Shown here: positions 1-8,570 of the stretch, in pieces
Numbering within the stretch: position 1 is the first letter of the stretch
Layout: every line of letters begins with the position of its first letter
Source of the DNA: Abditibacteriaceae bacterium
GTDB taxonomy: Bacteria; Armatimonadota; Abditibacteriia; Abditibacteriales; Abditibacteriaceae
Length of the DNA: 32,170 nucleotides
Direction of reading: 5' to 3'
Assembly (NCBI GenBank): GCA_031372065.1
Contig: JANMKN010000261.1
Span: 1 to 32,170 of the forward strand
Program-made: the position numbers and the translations under genes
The notes under the pieces: generated by a model
Databases searched by the model: none
The model's input: the letters and a program-made list of their open reading frames with translations, nothing else
What the model was told of the DNA's origin: nothing

Positions 1-2
1 AG

Positions 3-1541
3 TCCAACATGGTTGGCTCGGATTCAAAGGTGAAGGACATCAAACGCTTTCCGCCGTTTGCCGGTTTGGACAAGCCGCAGAAGGACGTGCTGTTTTCCTA
101 CAAGCTTGGGCGTGAGGAAATGCAGTCCTCGAACGGCTGGACTTCCATGCAGCCGACGGGCGATTATTTTGGGCCGGAACTGAGCTTCGCGCGCCGCGTG
201 GCGCAGGAAACCAAAGCGCCCATCGCCATCATCAAATGCGCTTCGGGCGGCACCACGTTAGCCACCGATTGGAATCCCGACAACCCCAGCGGCTTTAAGC
301 TCTACCCGCTGGCGTTGGAACTGGTGCGCGCATCGTTGGCCGAGTTAGAGCGCCAAAAAAGGCCGTATCGCATCGAGGGATTCATGTGGCATCAGGGCGA
401 GAATGATATGTTCGATGCCAAATTCAAGCCCGCCTACGGCGCGAACCTCAAAAACTTCCTCGCCAGTTGGCGGCGCGACCTGAAGCTGCCGGGCCTGAAA
501 TTCTATATTGGCGAGCTTTGCACCAAAACGATTTGGGGCATGGATAACCGCGACAATATGTATGCGATTCGCACCGCGCAAAAAGCCGTCGCGCAGGCCG
601 ACCCGCTGGCGGAATACGTTCCCACTTCGCACGACGCGGTGGAAATCGGCGGCGACGAAGGTTTGCATTATCACTACGGCACGCTGGGGCAACTGCAACA
701 CGGCGTGAACTACGCCGATGCTTATCTGCGCACCATCGGCAAAAACACCGCCACCGCGCGACCGCTGAAAAAATGGCCCTACAAAAAAGGCAGCGCCGTC
801 AAGCTGTTTGTTCTGGCCGGGCACCGCAACGTGGAAGGCGAGCGCGCTTTCACGGCGGAGCTAAAAACCCTCGCAGGCCAAGAATCGCTGGCCAACGACG
901 AAAACCGCATCGCTTATAAATACAGCATCGGCGGCGGCTTTAAAAAATCGCAAGGCTGGGAGCCGCTCGGCCCCGCCGGGTTCTACGACACCTTCGGCCC
1001 CGAACTCAGCTTCGGCAAAACTCTGCAAGCAAAAGTCCCCGGCAACATCGCCATCGCCAAGTTCACGCACAGCGGTTCGCAAATCAACGACTGGACGCCG
1101 CAGGGCACGAGTGCGAAAGACCTGAACCTTTATCCGCAATTCGTCGCGTTCATTCGGGAGTCCGTCAAGGAACTTCAAGCCAAGGGCCACGCGGTGGAAG
1201 TGGCGGGCATTTTTTATCACGTCGGCGAAAACGAAACGGCCTTCGGGCCGTATCGCAACGACGCCGCCCGATGGCTGCAATCCACCATCGCCAAAAGCCG
1301 CGAGGATTTGGGGATGCCCGCGCTCAAGTGGTTTGTCAGTCAGCAACCGCCCATTGATGAAAAGGGACTGAACCGCATCGACATCACCGCCAAGTTAGAC
1401 GCTCTGGCCGCCGCCGACCCCGCTTTCATCCACATCAAGGCTTTCAATCTTCCGCCGCAACCCGAAAAGCTGGTCATCACCACGGCGGGCATTGTGGAAC
1501 TGGGTGAAGTCCTCGCGCGCGGCTATCTCGCACAGAAATAA
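3..1541 (+). CDS. Tandem two-domain sialate O-acetylesterase-like (SASA/DUF303, SGNH) protein, 5'-truncated by the window edge
   Basis: Frame opens (Q)SNM, the tail of the GQSNM block, so ATG 9 is internal. FGPELSF, IIKCASGGT, WHQGEND and HYHY in domain 1; second copy has FVLAGHRN, FGPELSF, YHVGENE. Confidence 0.85.
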   Translation, partial: SNMVGSDSKVKDIKRFPPFAGLDKPQKDVLFSYKLGREEMQSSNGWTSMQPTGDYFGPELSFARRVAQETKAPIAIIKCASGGTTLATDWNPDNPSGFKLYPLALELVRASLAELERQKRPYRIEGFMWHQGENDMFDAKFKPAYGANLKNFLASWRRDLKLPGLKFYIGELCTKTIWGMDNRDNMYAIRTAQKAVAQADPLAEYVPTSHDAVEIGGDEGLHYHYGTLGQLQHGVNYADAYLRTIGKNTATARPLKKWPYKKGSAVKLFVLAGHRNVEGERAFTAELKTLAGQESLANDENRIAYKYSIGGGFKKSQGWEPLGPAGFYDTFGPELSFGKTLQAKVPGNIAIAKFTHSGSQINDWTPQGTSAKDLNLYPQFVAFIRESVKELQAKGHAVEVAGIFYHVGENETAFGPYRNDAARWLQSTIAKSREDLGMPALKWFVSQQPPIDEKGLNRIDITAKLDALAAADPAFIHIKAFNLPPQPEKLVITTAGIVELGEVLARGYLAQK

Positions 1542-1556
1542 TCGAAAGATCACACG

Positions 1557-3974
1557 ATGAAAAACACACTCCTCACACTCACCCTCGCCGGATTCCTTGC
1601 CTCGCCGATTCCGGCTTTCGCCGCTGGCGATGCCAAACCGTTGGCGATTCCCGATTTCACCAAGGGCGGCGTCATTCCCAAAAACGCGCCGCACGACTGG
1701 AACCTTGGCCCCACCGGGCTGCGCGGCTGGATTTATTGCGACCAAATGGTGACCAGCGACGCGCGCCAGATTGCCGTCACCAAAGTGGAAAAAGGCTCGC
1801 CCGCCGCTGGCAACTTCGCGGTTGGCGACGTGCTGCTGGGCGTCGGCGGCAAGCCGTTTTCCTACGACCCGCGCACCGAACTGGGCAAGGCCATCACCGC
1901 CGCCGAATCCGAAGCGGGCGGCGGGAAGCTAACCCTGACACGCTGGCGCGCGGGCAAGTCGGAAGAGGTTGCCCTGCAACTTCCCGCGCTCGGCAGCTAC
2001 GGCGCCACCGCGCCTTATGGCTGCGCAAAATCGCAGCGCATTCTCGAACTGGGGTGCAAGGCGCTGGCCCTGAAAGTGGCGAAGCCCAACAACGACGATG
2101 ACCCCATCGTGCGTTCCGTCAACGCGCTGGCTTTGCTGGCCAGCGGCGATCCGGCCTACCTGCCGCTGGTCAAGAAGGATGCCCGGTGGGCGGCGGGTTA
2201 CTCCGACACCTCGATGCCGACGTGGCACTACAGCTACGTCATGATTCTGCTCTCCGAATACGTGATGGCGACCGGCGACAAGTCGGTTTTGCCGGGGCTG
2301 CGGCGTCTTGCGCTGGAATCGGCCAAAGGGCAGAGCGCAGTCGGCTCGTGGGGTCACGGGTTTGCGATTCCCGATGGACGCCTCGGCGGCTACGGCATGA
2401 TGAATTCGCCGGGCGTGCCGATGACCATCGGACTGACGTTGGCGCGCGAGGCCGGCGTGAAAGAGCCGGAAGTGGCCCGCGCCGTCGAACGCAGCGCGCG
2501 TCTGCTGCGCTTCTACGTCGGCAAGGGCGCGATTCCTTATGGCGACCATCATCCGTGTATTGAAATCCACGACGACAACGGCAAATGCGGCATGGCCGCA
2601 GTGCTTTTCAACCTGCTCGGCGAGACGAAGAACGCGGAGTTTTTCTCGCGCATGAGCGTGGCCACGCATGGCTCCGAACGCGACACCGGGCACACCGGCA
2701 ATTTTTTCAACATCCTGTGGGCGATGCCGGGCGTGGCACAGTCCGGCCCGAATGCCACCGGGGCGTGGATGAACGAGTTTGGCACCTGGTATTTCGACCT
2801 CGCGCGCCGCTGGGACGGGACTTTTCTCCACCAAGGCCCACCGGAGCCGGAAAACGACAGCTATGAGGGTTGGGACTGCACAGGAGGCTACCTGCTGGCC
2901 TATGCGATGCCGCTGAGAAAGATTTATCTCACCGGCAAACGCCGAGGCGTCGTGCCGCAGCTCAATGCCACCGCCGCGCAATCGCTCATCAACGACGGAC
3001 GCGGCTGGACACCCAAGGACAATTTTGGCGCCTACGACAAACTCAGCACTGACCAGCTTTTGGAACGCCTCAACAGTTGGTCGCCGGTGGTGCGCGAACG
3101 CGCCGCGAAGGCGCTGGGACGCCGCAAAGATGCTCCGCTTGCGCCCTTGCTCACGCTGCTCAATGCTCCGCGTCTCGAATCGCGCTACGGCGCGTGCCAG
3201 ACGCTTCGGGCGCTGGGCGAACGCGCCGCGCCCGCCGTGGAACCGCTGCGAAAAACATTGGCGGCAAATGACCTCTGGCTGCGCATCAAGGCCGCCGAGG
3301 CATTGGCCAGCATCGGCGCCCCGGCCATGAAAACGGTGCCGCAACTGCTGGAACTGCTGGCGCAGGTAGACCCGAATAACGATCCGCGCGGGATGCAGCA
3401 ACGGTATCTGTCCTTCGCGCTTTTCGATTCCGGCGACGAGCATGGTGTCGGAATGCTCAACCATTCCCTTGCAGGCGTTGACCGCACCTTGCTTTACAAA
3501 GCAGTGCGCGCCGGCCTCAAAAACCAGGATGGCCGCGCGCGGGGTGCCATCGGCTCGGTCTATAGCAACCTCTCCGCCACAGAGATCAAGCCGTTGTTGC
3601 CCGCCATCTATCAGGCGATTGTCGAACCCGCTCCGAGCGGCGAGATGTTCGCCGACGAAATCCGCGTGGAGGGACTTCGCCTGCTGGCCAAACACCGCAT
3701 CGAAGAAGGCATCAGCGCCTGCGTGAAATACACGCGCGACCAAAACCCGTGGGCCAGCGAGGAGCGCACACCGGAACTGATGAAAGTCCTGCTCAGCTAC
3801 GGCACCCACGCGAAGCCGGTCATCCCGGAACTGAGAAAGATCGCCAACTACTTCGAGAAAGACGAAAAGGACTTTCCCAAAGAGTTAATGCTCATGAAGG
3901 CCAAGTGCGTCCGCCAAACCATTCGCGCGATTGAAGCCTCGAAGCAATCGCCGCAACTCACCCGGCTGAAATAG
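1557..3974 (+). CDS. Secreted protein with PDZ-like N-terminus, DUF6288-like helical core and HEAT repeats
   Basis: Signal peptide (MKNTLLTL...AFA); WNLGPTGLRGW; VTKVEKGSPAAG..VGDVLLGV (PDZ-like); GYGMMN, IPYGDH, HTGNFF; HEAT-like VRERAAKALG, RYGACQTL, LRIKAAEALA. Confidence 0.75.
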   Translation: MKNTLLTLTLAGFLASPIPAFAAGDAKPLAIPDFTKGGVIPKNAPHDWNLGPTGLRGWIYCDQMVTSDARQIAVTKVEKGSPAAGNFAVGDVLLGVGGKPFSYDPRTELGKAITAAESEAGGGKLTLTRWRAGKSEEVALQLPALGSYGATAPYGCAKSQRILELGCKALALKVAKPNNDDDPIVRSVNALALLASGDPAYLPLVKKDARWAAGYSDTSMPTWHYSYVMILLSEYVMATGDKSVLPGLRRLALESAKGQSAVGSWGHGFAIPDGRLGGYGMMNSPGVPMTIGLTLAREAGVKEPEVARAVERSARLLRFYVGKGAIPYGDHHPCIEIHDDNGKCGMAAVLFNLLGETKNAEFFSRMSVATHGSERDTGHTGNFFNILWAMPGVAQSGPNATGAWMNEFGTWYFDLARRWDGTFLHQGPPEPENDSYEGWDCTGGYLLAYAMPLRKIYLTGKRRGVVPQLNATAAQSLINDGRGWTPKDNFGAYDKLSTDQLLERLNSWSPVVRERAAKALGRRKDAPLAPLLTLLNAPRLESRYGACQTLRALGERAAPAVEPLRKTLAANDLWLRIKAAEALASIGAPAMKTVPQLLELLAQVDPNNDPRGMQQRYLSFALFDSGDEHGVGMLNHSLAGVDRTLLYKAVRAGLKNQDGRARGAIGSVYSNLSATEIKPLLPAIYQAIVEPAPSGEMFADEIRVEGLRLLAKHRIEEGISACVKYTRDQNPWASEERTPELMKVLLSYGTHAKPVIPELRKIANYFEKDEKDFPKELMLMKAKCVRQTIRAIEASKQSPQLTRLK

Positions 3975-4016
3975 CATGAAGCGTTCCGCTTGAAAATTTC
4001 CAACCGAGAAAACCCC

Positions 4017-5222
4017 ATGAAACTTCTCATTCCACTCGCTGCCCTCTTGTGCAGCCAAGCTATCGCCACTGCGAAGCCGCTCCAGGTGTTCGTGCTCGCC
4101 GGGCAGTCGAATATGCAGGGCCACGCCAAACTCAGCACCTTTGAACACATCGGCATGGACCCGGCCACCAAGCCGATGCTCGATGAAATGCTGGGCGCGG
4201 ACGGCAAACCCAAAATCTGCGAACGCGTGTGGATTTCGTCCATCGGCTGCTCCAAAGACGACACGACTGAACAAACCGGAAAGCTGACCGCTGGTTTTGG
4301 CGCGACGACTGAAAAAATCGGGCCGGAGTTCACTTTCGGCCTGTATATGCAAAAGTTCACCGACGCGCCGATTTTGCTGATCAAAACCTCGTGGGGCGGC
4401 AAAAGCCTGAACACCGACTTTCGCCCGCCGGGCGCCGGGCCGTATGTGTTCAACGAAACGCAGATCGCCGGTTTTCAGAAGCAGGGCAAAGACTTGGAAG
4501 CCCTCAAAGCCGAAAAAGCCAAGCAAACCGGCGTTTACTATCGCCTGATGGTTGCGCACGTTAAATCGGTGCTCGCCGACATCAAGCGCGTGGTTCCCGA
4601 CTACGATGCCGCGCAAGGCTACGAACTGGCCGGTTTTGCCTGGTTTCAGGGCTGGAACGACCTCGTGGACGGCGGCACTTATCCGAACCGCGACAAACCC
4701 GGCGGCTACGATGACTACGCGACGGCGATGGCGCATTTCATCCGCGATGTGCGCCGCGATTTGGGCGTGCCCAAGCTGCCTTTTGTCATCGGCGTGCTGG
4801 GCGTGGGCGGGCCGACGGCGGCTTATGGCCCCGACCAGCAGCGCTACAAAGCAACGCACCAAAATTTCCGTGATGCGATGGCGGCTCCGGCGCAGTTGCC
4901 GGAGTTCAAAGGCAACGTCGCGGCGATGCTATCCGAAAAATATTGGGACGCCGAACTGACCGTCGCCAAATTCAAAGACAACGAAATCCGCCAGAAAGCC
5001 AAAAAGCTCGCCACCGAAGGCAAGTTGTCGCCCGCCGACGAAAAGGCCGCGCTGGAAAAGCTGCGCACCGAAGGCCTCACCGAACGCGAACGACTGGTGC
5101 TGGAAAAAGGTATCTCCAACGCAGAGTTCCACTACCTCGGCTCCGCGAAAATCCTCGGCGGCTTCGGCAAGGGCCTCGCCGAAGCGATGGCGGAATTGAA
5201 GCAATTCACAAAGGCCCAATGA
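4017..5222 (+). CDS. Secreted sialate O-acetylesterase-like (SASA/SGNH) carbohydrate esterase
   Basis: Signal peptide from ATG 4017; VFVLAGQSNMQG, IGPEFTFG, IKTSWGGKSL, WFQGWND, EFHYLGS. Confidence 0.88.
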   Translation: MKLLIPLAALLCSQAIATAKPLQVFVLAGQSNMQGHAKLSTFEHIGMDPATKPMLDEMLGADGKPKICERVWISSIGCSKDDTTEQTGKLTAGFGATTEKIGPEFTFGLYMQKFTDAPILLIKTSWGGKSLNTDFRPPGAGPYVFNETQIAGFQKQGKDLEALKAEKAKQTGVYYRLMVAHVKSVLADIKRVVPDYDAAQGYELAGFAWFQGWNDLVDGGTYPNRDKPGGYDDYATAMAHFIRDVRRDLGVPKLPFVIGVLGVGGPTAAYGPDQQRYKATHQNFRDAMAAPAQLPEFKGNVAAMLSEKYWDAELTVAKFKDNEIRQKAKKLATEGKLSPADEKAALEKLRTEGLTERERLVLEKGISNAEFHYLGSAKILGGFGKGLAEAMAELKQFTKAQ

Positions 5223-6628
5223 TGAAAACTATTTCTCGCTTCCACTTCCTGTTGTTGGCGGCGCTTTTCGTGTGCTTCGGCTGTCGTGCCCATGCCGCCG
5301 AGCGCAAGCCGAATTTTCTTTTCCTCTACACCGACGACCAACGCTGGGACGCGATGGGCGCGGTGCAGCGCGAACAAGCCGAGCGGGCACGGTTTCCGTG
5401 GTTCAAGTCGCCCGGCATGGATCGCCTCGCCGCCGAGGGCGTGCGCTTTCGCAACGCCTTCGTTACGCTTTCGCTTTGTTCGCCGAGCCGGGCGGCGTTT
5501 CTCACGGGCCGCTACAACCATCTCAACGGCGTCACCAACAACGGCACGCCGTTTCCCGCTGACAGCGTCACGCACGCCTCGCTGCTGCGCGCGGCGGGCT
5601 ACAAAACGGCCTATTTTGGCAAATGGCACATGGGCAATCAGCGCGGACAGCGGCCCGGCTTCGATTATTCGGCGAGTTTCGTCGGACAGGGCCAATTTCA
5701 AAACTGCCCGTTTGAATTCAACGGCGTGGCCGCGCCGACCACAGGCTGGGTGGATGATGTGAGCGCCGACTTCGCCATCGAATGGATGAAGCAAAACAAA
5801 GAGCGCCCGTTTTCGATGGTCGTGGGTTTCAAAAGCCCGCACAACCCGCGCGGCGGACGCAACCTCCCCGAACGTCTGCACAATCTTTATGCGGGCGAAA
5901 CCAGCCGCCCCACGCCCAACTGCGGCGTGCCCGCCATTTTTCACAAGCCTGCCGCGAACCGCAAACAGTCGACCGGTCTGGCCGACAACGCCATTCACCG
6001 CGACTATATGCGGCACATTTACGGCGTGGATGAAAACGTCAGCAAAATCTTAGACGCCCTTGATGCGCTGGGCCTCGCGCAGGACACGGTCGTCGTCTAT
6101 TCGAGCGACAACGGCTTTTATCTGGGCGAGCACAACTCCGGCGACAAGCGTTCGCTCTACGAAGAATCGCTGCGCGTCCCGATGCTCGTCCGCTATCCCC
6201 GGCTTTTTGGCAAAGGCACCGTCGTGGACGACATGGTGCTGAACGTTGACCTCGCCCCGACTTTCCTCGATCTCGCGGGCGTGCCGGTGCCACCGGAAAT
6301 GCAAGGCGCAAGCTGGAAAGAACTCGCCGCAGGCCGCAAACCCGCAGGCTGGCGGCAGTCGTTCTTCGCCGAATATTACAAAGAACTCGGCGACGTGCCG
6401 ACCTGCTTTGCCATCCGCACCACCACCCACAAGCTGATCAAATATCCCAATTTGCCCGAACTCACCGAAGTCTTCGACCTTGTAGCCGACCCCTACGAAA
6501 TCAAAAACCTCGCAGGCGACGCCGCGCTGACGGCCAAACTGGGCGCCGAATTGGAGCAACTGATGAAAACCATGAGCTACACCGCGCCCGCCAACGCCAA
6601 CGCGCCGCGCGCGACCGCCGCTCAATAG
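5219..6628 (+). CDS. Secreted Cys-type sulfatase (S1; N-acetylglucosamine-6-sulfatase-like)
   Basis: ATGA overlap with upstream stop; signal peptide; PNFLFLYTDDQ, LCSPSRAAFLTGRY, GKWHMG, SSDNG, GDKRSLYEESLRVP. Confidence 0.93.
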   Translation: MMKTISRFHFLLLAALFVCFGCRAHAAERKPNFLFLYTDDQRWDAMGAVQREQAERARFPWFKSPGMDRLAAEGVRFRNAFVTLSLCSPSRAAFLTGRYNHLNGVTNNGTPFPADSVTHASLLRAAGYKTAYFGKWHMGNQRGQRPGFDYSASFVGQGQFQNCPFEFNGVAAPTTGWVDDVSADFAIEWMKQNKERPFSMVVGFKSPHNPRGGRNLPERLHNLYAGETSRPTPNCGVPAIFHKPAANRKQSTGLADNAIHRDYMRHIYGVDENVSKILDALDALGLAQDTVVVYSSDNGFYLGEHNSGDKRSLYEESLRVPMLVRYPRLFGKGTVVDDMVLNVDLAPTFLDLAGVPVPPEMQGASWKELAAGRKPAGWRQSFFAEYYKELGDVPTCFAIRTTTHKLIKYPNLPELTEVFDLVADPYEIKNLAGDAALTAKLGAELEQLMKTMSYTAPANANAPRATAAQ

Positions 6629-6649
6629 TCGTTGGCACAACTCATATAG

Positions 6650-6850
6650 CGTGGGCAAACACAAAAACGCCCCGAACTCGACTCGCTCGCCACCGGCGAG
6701 TGGTGGAACAAAGGCAAGGGCAAGCGCACTGGCGGGCCGCCTTCGATGGACGTGCCGCGTGATGAAGTGGCGTGCTTCGCCTGCTACACGCAGCAAAGTG
6801 GCGTGCTGAAGATGAGCGCGCAATTTTTTCCGATGAGGCCCGGCGAACCG
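6650..6850 (+). pseudogene. Fragment resembling the N-terminal region of a PVC-type PhoD-like metallophosphatase
   Basis: Open frame LDSLATGEWWNK...PPSMDVPRDEVACFACYTQQSGVLKMSAQFFPMRPGEP, stop-bounded upstream (TAG 6647-6649), no leader. Family recalled, not searched. Confidence 0.55.
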
Positions 6851-6889
6851 CTCGTCGGAGCCGACCATAAATTCGCCGAAAAACAAACC

Positions 6890-8281
6890 ATGATGCGCAA
6901 CTTCGTCGCTCTCGCCATGCTTCTGATGCCGCTCGCGCCGCTGCGCGCCGCTGAAACCGCCATGACCAAACCCAACGTGTTGTTTCTCTTCGCCGACGAC
7001 CAGCGCGCCGACACCATCGCGGCACTCGGCAATCCGCACATCAAGACGCCGAGCATGGATCGTTTGGTAGCGCGCGGCCTGTCATTCAACCGCGCTTACA
7101 TGCAAGGCGGCAACAATGGCGCGACCTGCGTGCCGTCGCGCGCCATGCTGCTTTCCGGACAATCGCTGTGGCGCATTGACGAAAATCTGCGCGGCGATTC
7201 GTGGCCCAAAGCCTTCGCGCATAGCGGCTACGCCACGTTTATGAGCGGCAAATGGCACAACGGCAAGCCGTCGTTGCAAGCGAATTTTCCGGAGGCGAAG
7301 CAGGTCTTCGTCGGTGGCATGACCAACCCGACGAAGGCGCTGCTGGGCGATGTGAAGAACGGCGTGATAGAAACCGCCAAAATCGCGCCCAAACACGCCT
7401 GCGAAGTTTTCGCCGACGAGGCGATCGGCTTCATCAAGGCGCAAAAAGACAAGCCGTTTTTCTGCTACGTCCCGTTCGACGCGCCGCACGACCCGCACGT
7501 CGTGCCTGATGAGTTCCCGGTGCATTACGACCCCGAAAAGCTGCCGCTGCCCGCCAACTTTATGCCGCAGCACCCGTTCGACAACGGCGAGATGACAATC
7601 CGCGACGAAGAATTGCTGCCGTGGCCGCGCCCCGCGAAGCAAGTGCGCGCCATGAACGCCGAATACTATCGCTACGTTTCGTATCTCGACGCGCAAGTCG
7701 GGCGCATTTTGGCCGCGCTCGAAGCGTCGCCGCACGCCAACAACACCATCGTGGTCTACGCCGCTGATTCGGGCGTGGCACGCGGCAGCCACGGGCTGAT
7801 TGGCAAGCAGAATTGCTACGAACATTCGATGCGTGTGCCGCTCATCGTCGCTGGCCCCGGCATCGCGACAGGCAAACGCAGTGACGCGATGTGTTACCTC
7901 TTCGATGTGCTACCCACGCTCGGCAAACTCTGCGGTGTGGCCGCGCCTAAAGAGAGCGAAGGCATTGACCTCGGCCCGGCGCTGGCCGACCCGGCGAAGT
8001 CGGCGCGTGGTGAAATTTTGCTCGGCTACAAAAACGTGCAACGCGCCATCCGCGCTGACCGGTGGAAACTGATTCGCTACCCGCAAGTCAACGTCACCCA
8101 GCTTTTCGACTTGCAAACCGATCCCGAAGAAACCAACGATCTGGCGAAAAAACAGTCGCACGCCGCGAAAGTCACCGAAATGATGGCGCTGCTCGAAAAG
8201 CAACAGCGCGTTTTCGGCGATGAAGCCCCGCTGCACGTCGCCCACCCCAAACCCGCCGTGTGGTCGCCGCCGGGGAAGTGA
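6890..8281 (+). CDS. Secreted Cys-type sulfatase (S1; choline-sulfatase-like)
   Basis: Signal peptide MMRNFVALAMLLMPLAPLRA from ATG 6890; PNVLFLFADDQ, TCVPSRAMLLSG, GKWHNG, APHDP, GKQNCYEHSMRVP. Confidence 0.92.
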   Translation: MMRNFVALAMLLMPLAPLRAAETAMTKPNVLFLFADDQRADTIAALGNPHIKTPSMDRLVARGLSFNRAYMQGGNNGATCVPSRAMLLSGQSLWRIDENLRGDSWPKAFAHSGYATFMSGKWHNGKPSLQANFPEAKQVFVGGMTNPTKALLGDVKNGVIETAKIAPKHACEVFADEAIGFIKAQKDKPFFCYVPFDAPHDPHVVPDEFPVHYDPEKLPLPANFMPQHPFDNGEMTIRDEELLPWPRPAKQVRAMNAEYYRYVSYLDAQVGRILAALEASPHANNTIVVYAADSGVARGSHGLIGKQNCYEHSMRVPLIVAGPGIATGKRSDAMCYLFDVLPTLGKLCGVAAPKESEGIDLGPALADPAKSARGEILLGYKNVQRAIRADRWKLIRYPQVNVTQLFDLQTDPEETNDLAKKQSHAAKVTEMMALLEKQQRVFGDEAPLHVAHPKPAVWSPPGK

Positions 8282-8285
8282 ATTC

Positions 8286-8570
8286 ATGTCCGTAAAACTG
8301 CTTATTCTCGCCGCCTTCGCCCTGCCCGCGTTGCCCATGAACCCGCCCTGCCGCTGCTGGATATTTCGGGCGAAACCGCGCCAAACCGTGATTGCGGCGG
8401 GGACTGCTGAGGTTTTTAGGGCCACGCCAATTCCCGGCTACAACGACCACTTCGCGGGCGCGGCCCCCGACCTCGGCGCCTACGAAGCCGGTGCCGCCTA
8501 TTGGGTGCCGGGCGCGGCTGGTTTCGCCGTGCCCGGCACAAAAACCCAGTTGCAGGATTGCCATCCATGA
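8286..8570 (+). pseudogene. Chimeric remnant: frameshifted 5' end of a sialidase/BNR-like gene joined to the 3' end of a beta-helix protein gene
   Basis: Leader, then in a shifted frame AHEPALPLLDISGETA, then QTVIAAGTAEVF..GH, then IPGYNDHFAGAAPDLGAYEAGAAYWVPGA; stop overlaps the next ATG (ATGA 8567-8570). Confidence 0.6.

Noticed and set aside
1929..3809. Long antisense ORFs (626 aa here; also 8498-10024, 19019-20659, 22245-23426, 24253-25590)
   Set aside because: They mirror well-supported + strand genes, carry no motifs, and are expected from GC-rich codon bias.
4943..5218. N-terminal extension of the 561-aa sulfatase ORF
   Set aside because: Arg-rich off-frame read of the esterase gene; the signal peptide starts at ATG 5219 with an ATGA overlap.
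6746..6889. ORF-track start for the second sulfatase
   Set aside because: It would bury the signal peptide 48 residues inside; treated as a separate remnant.
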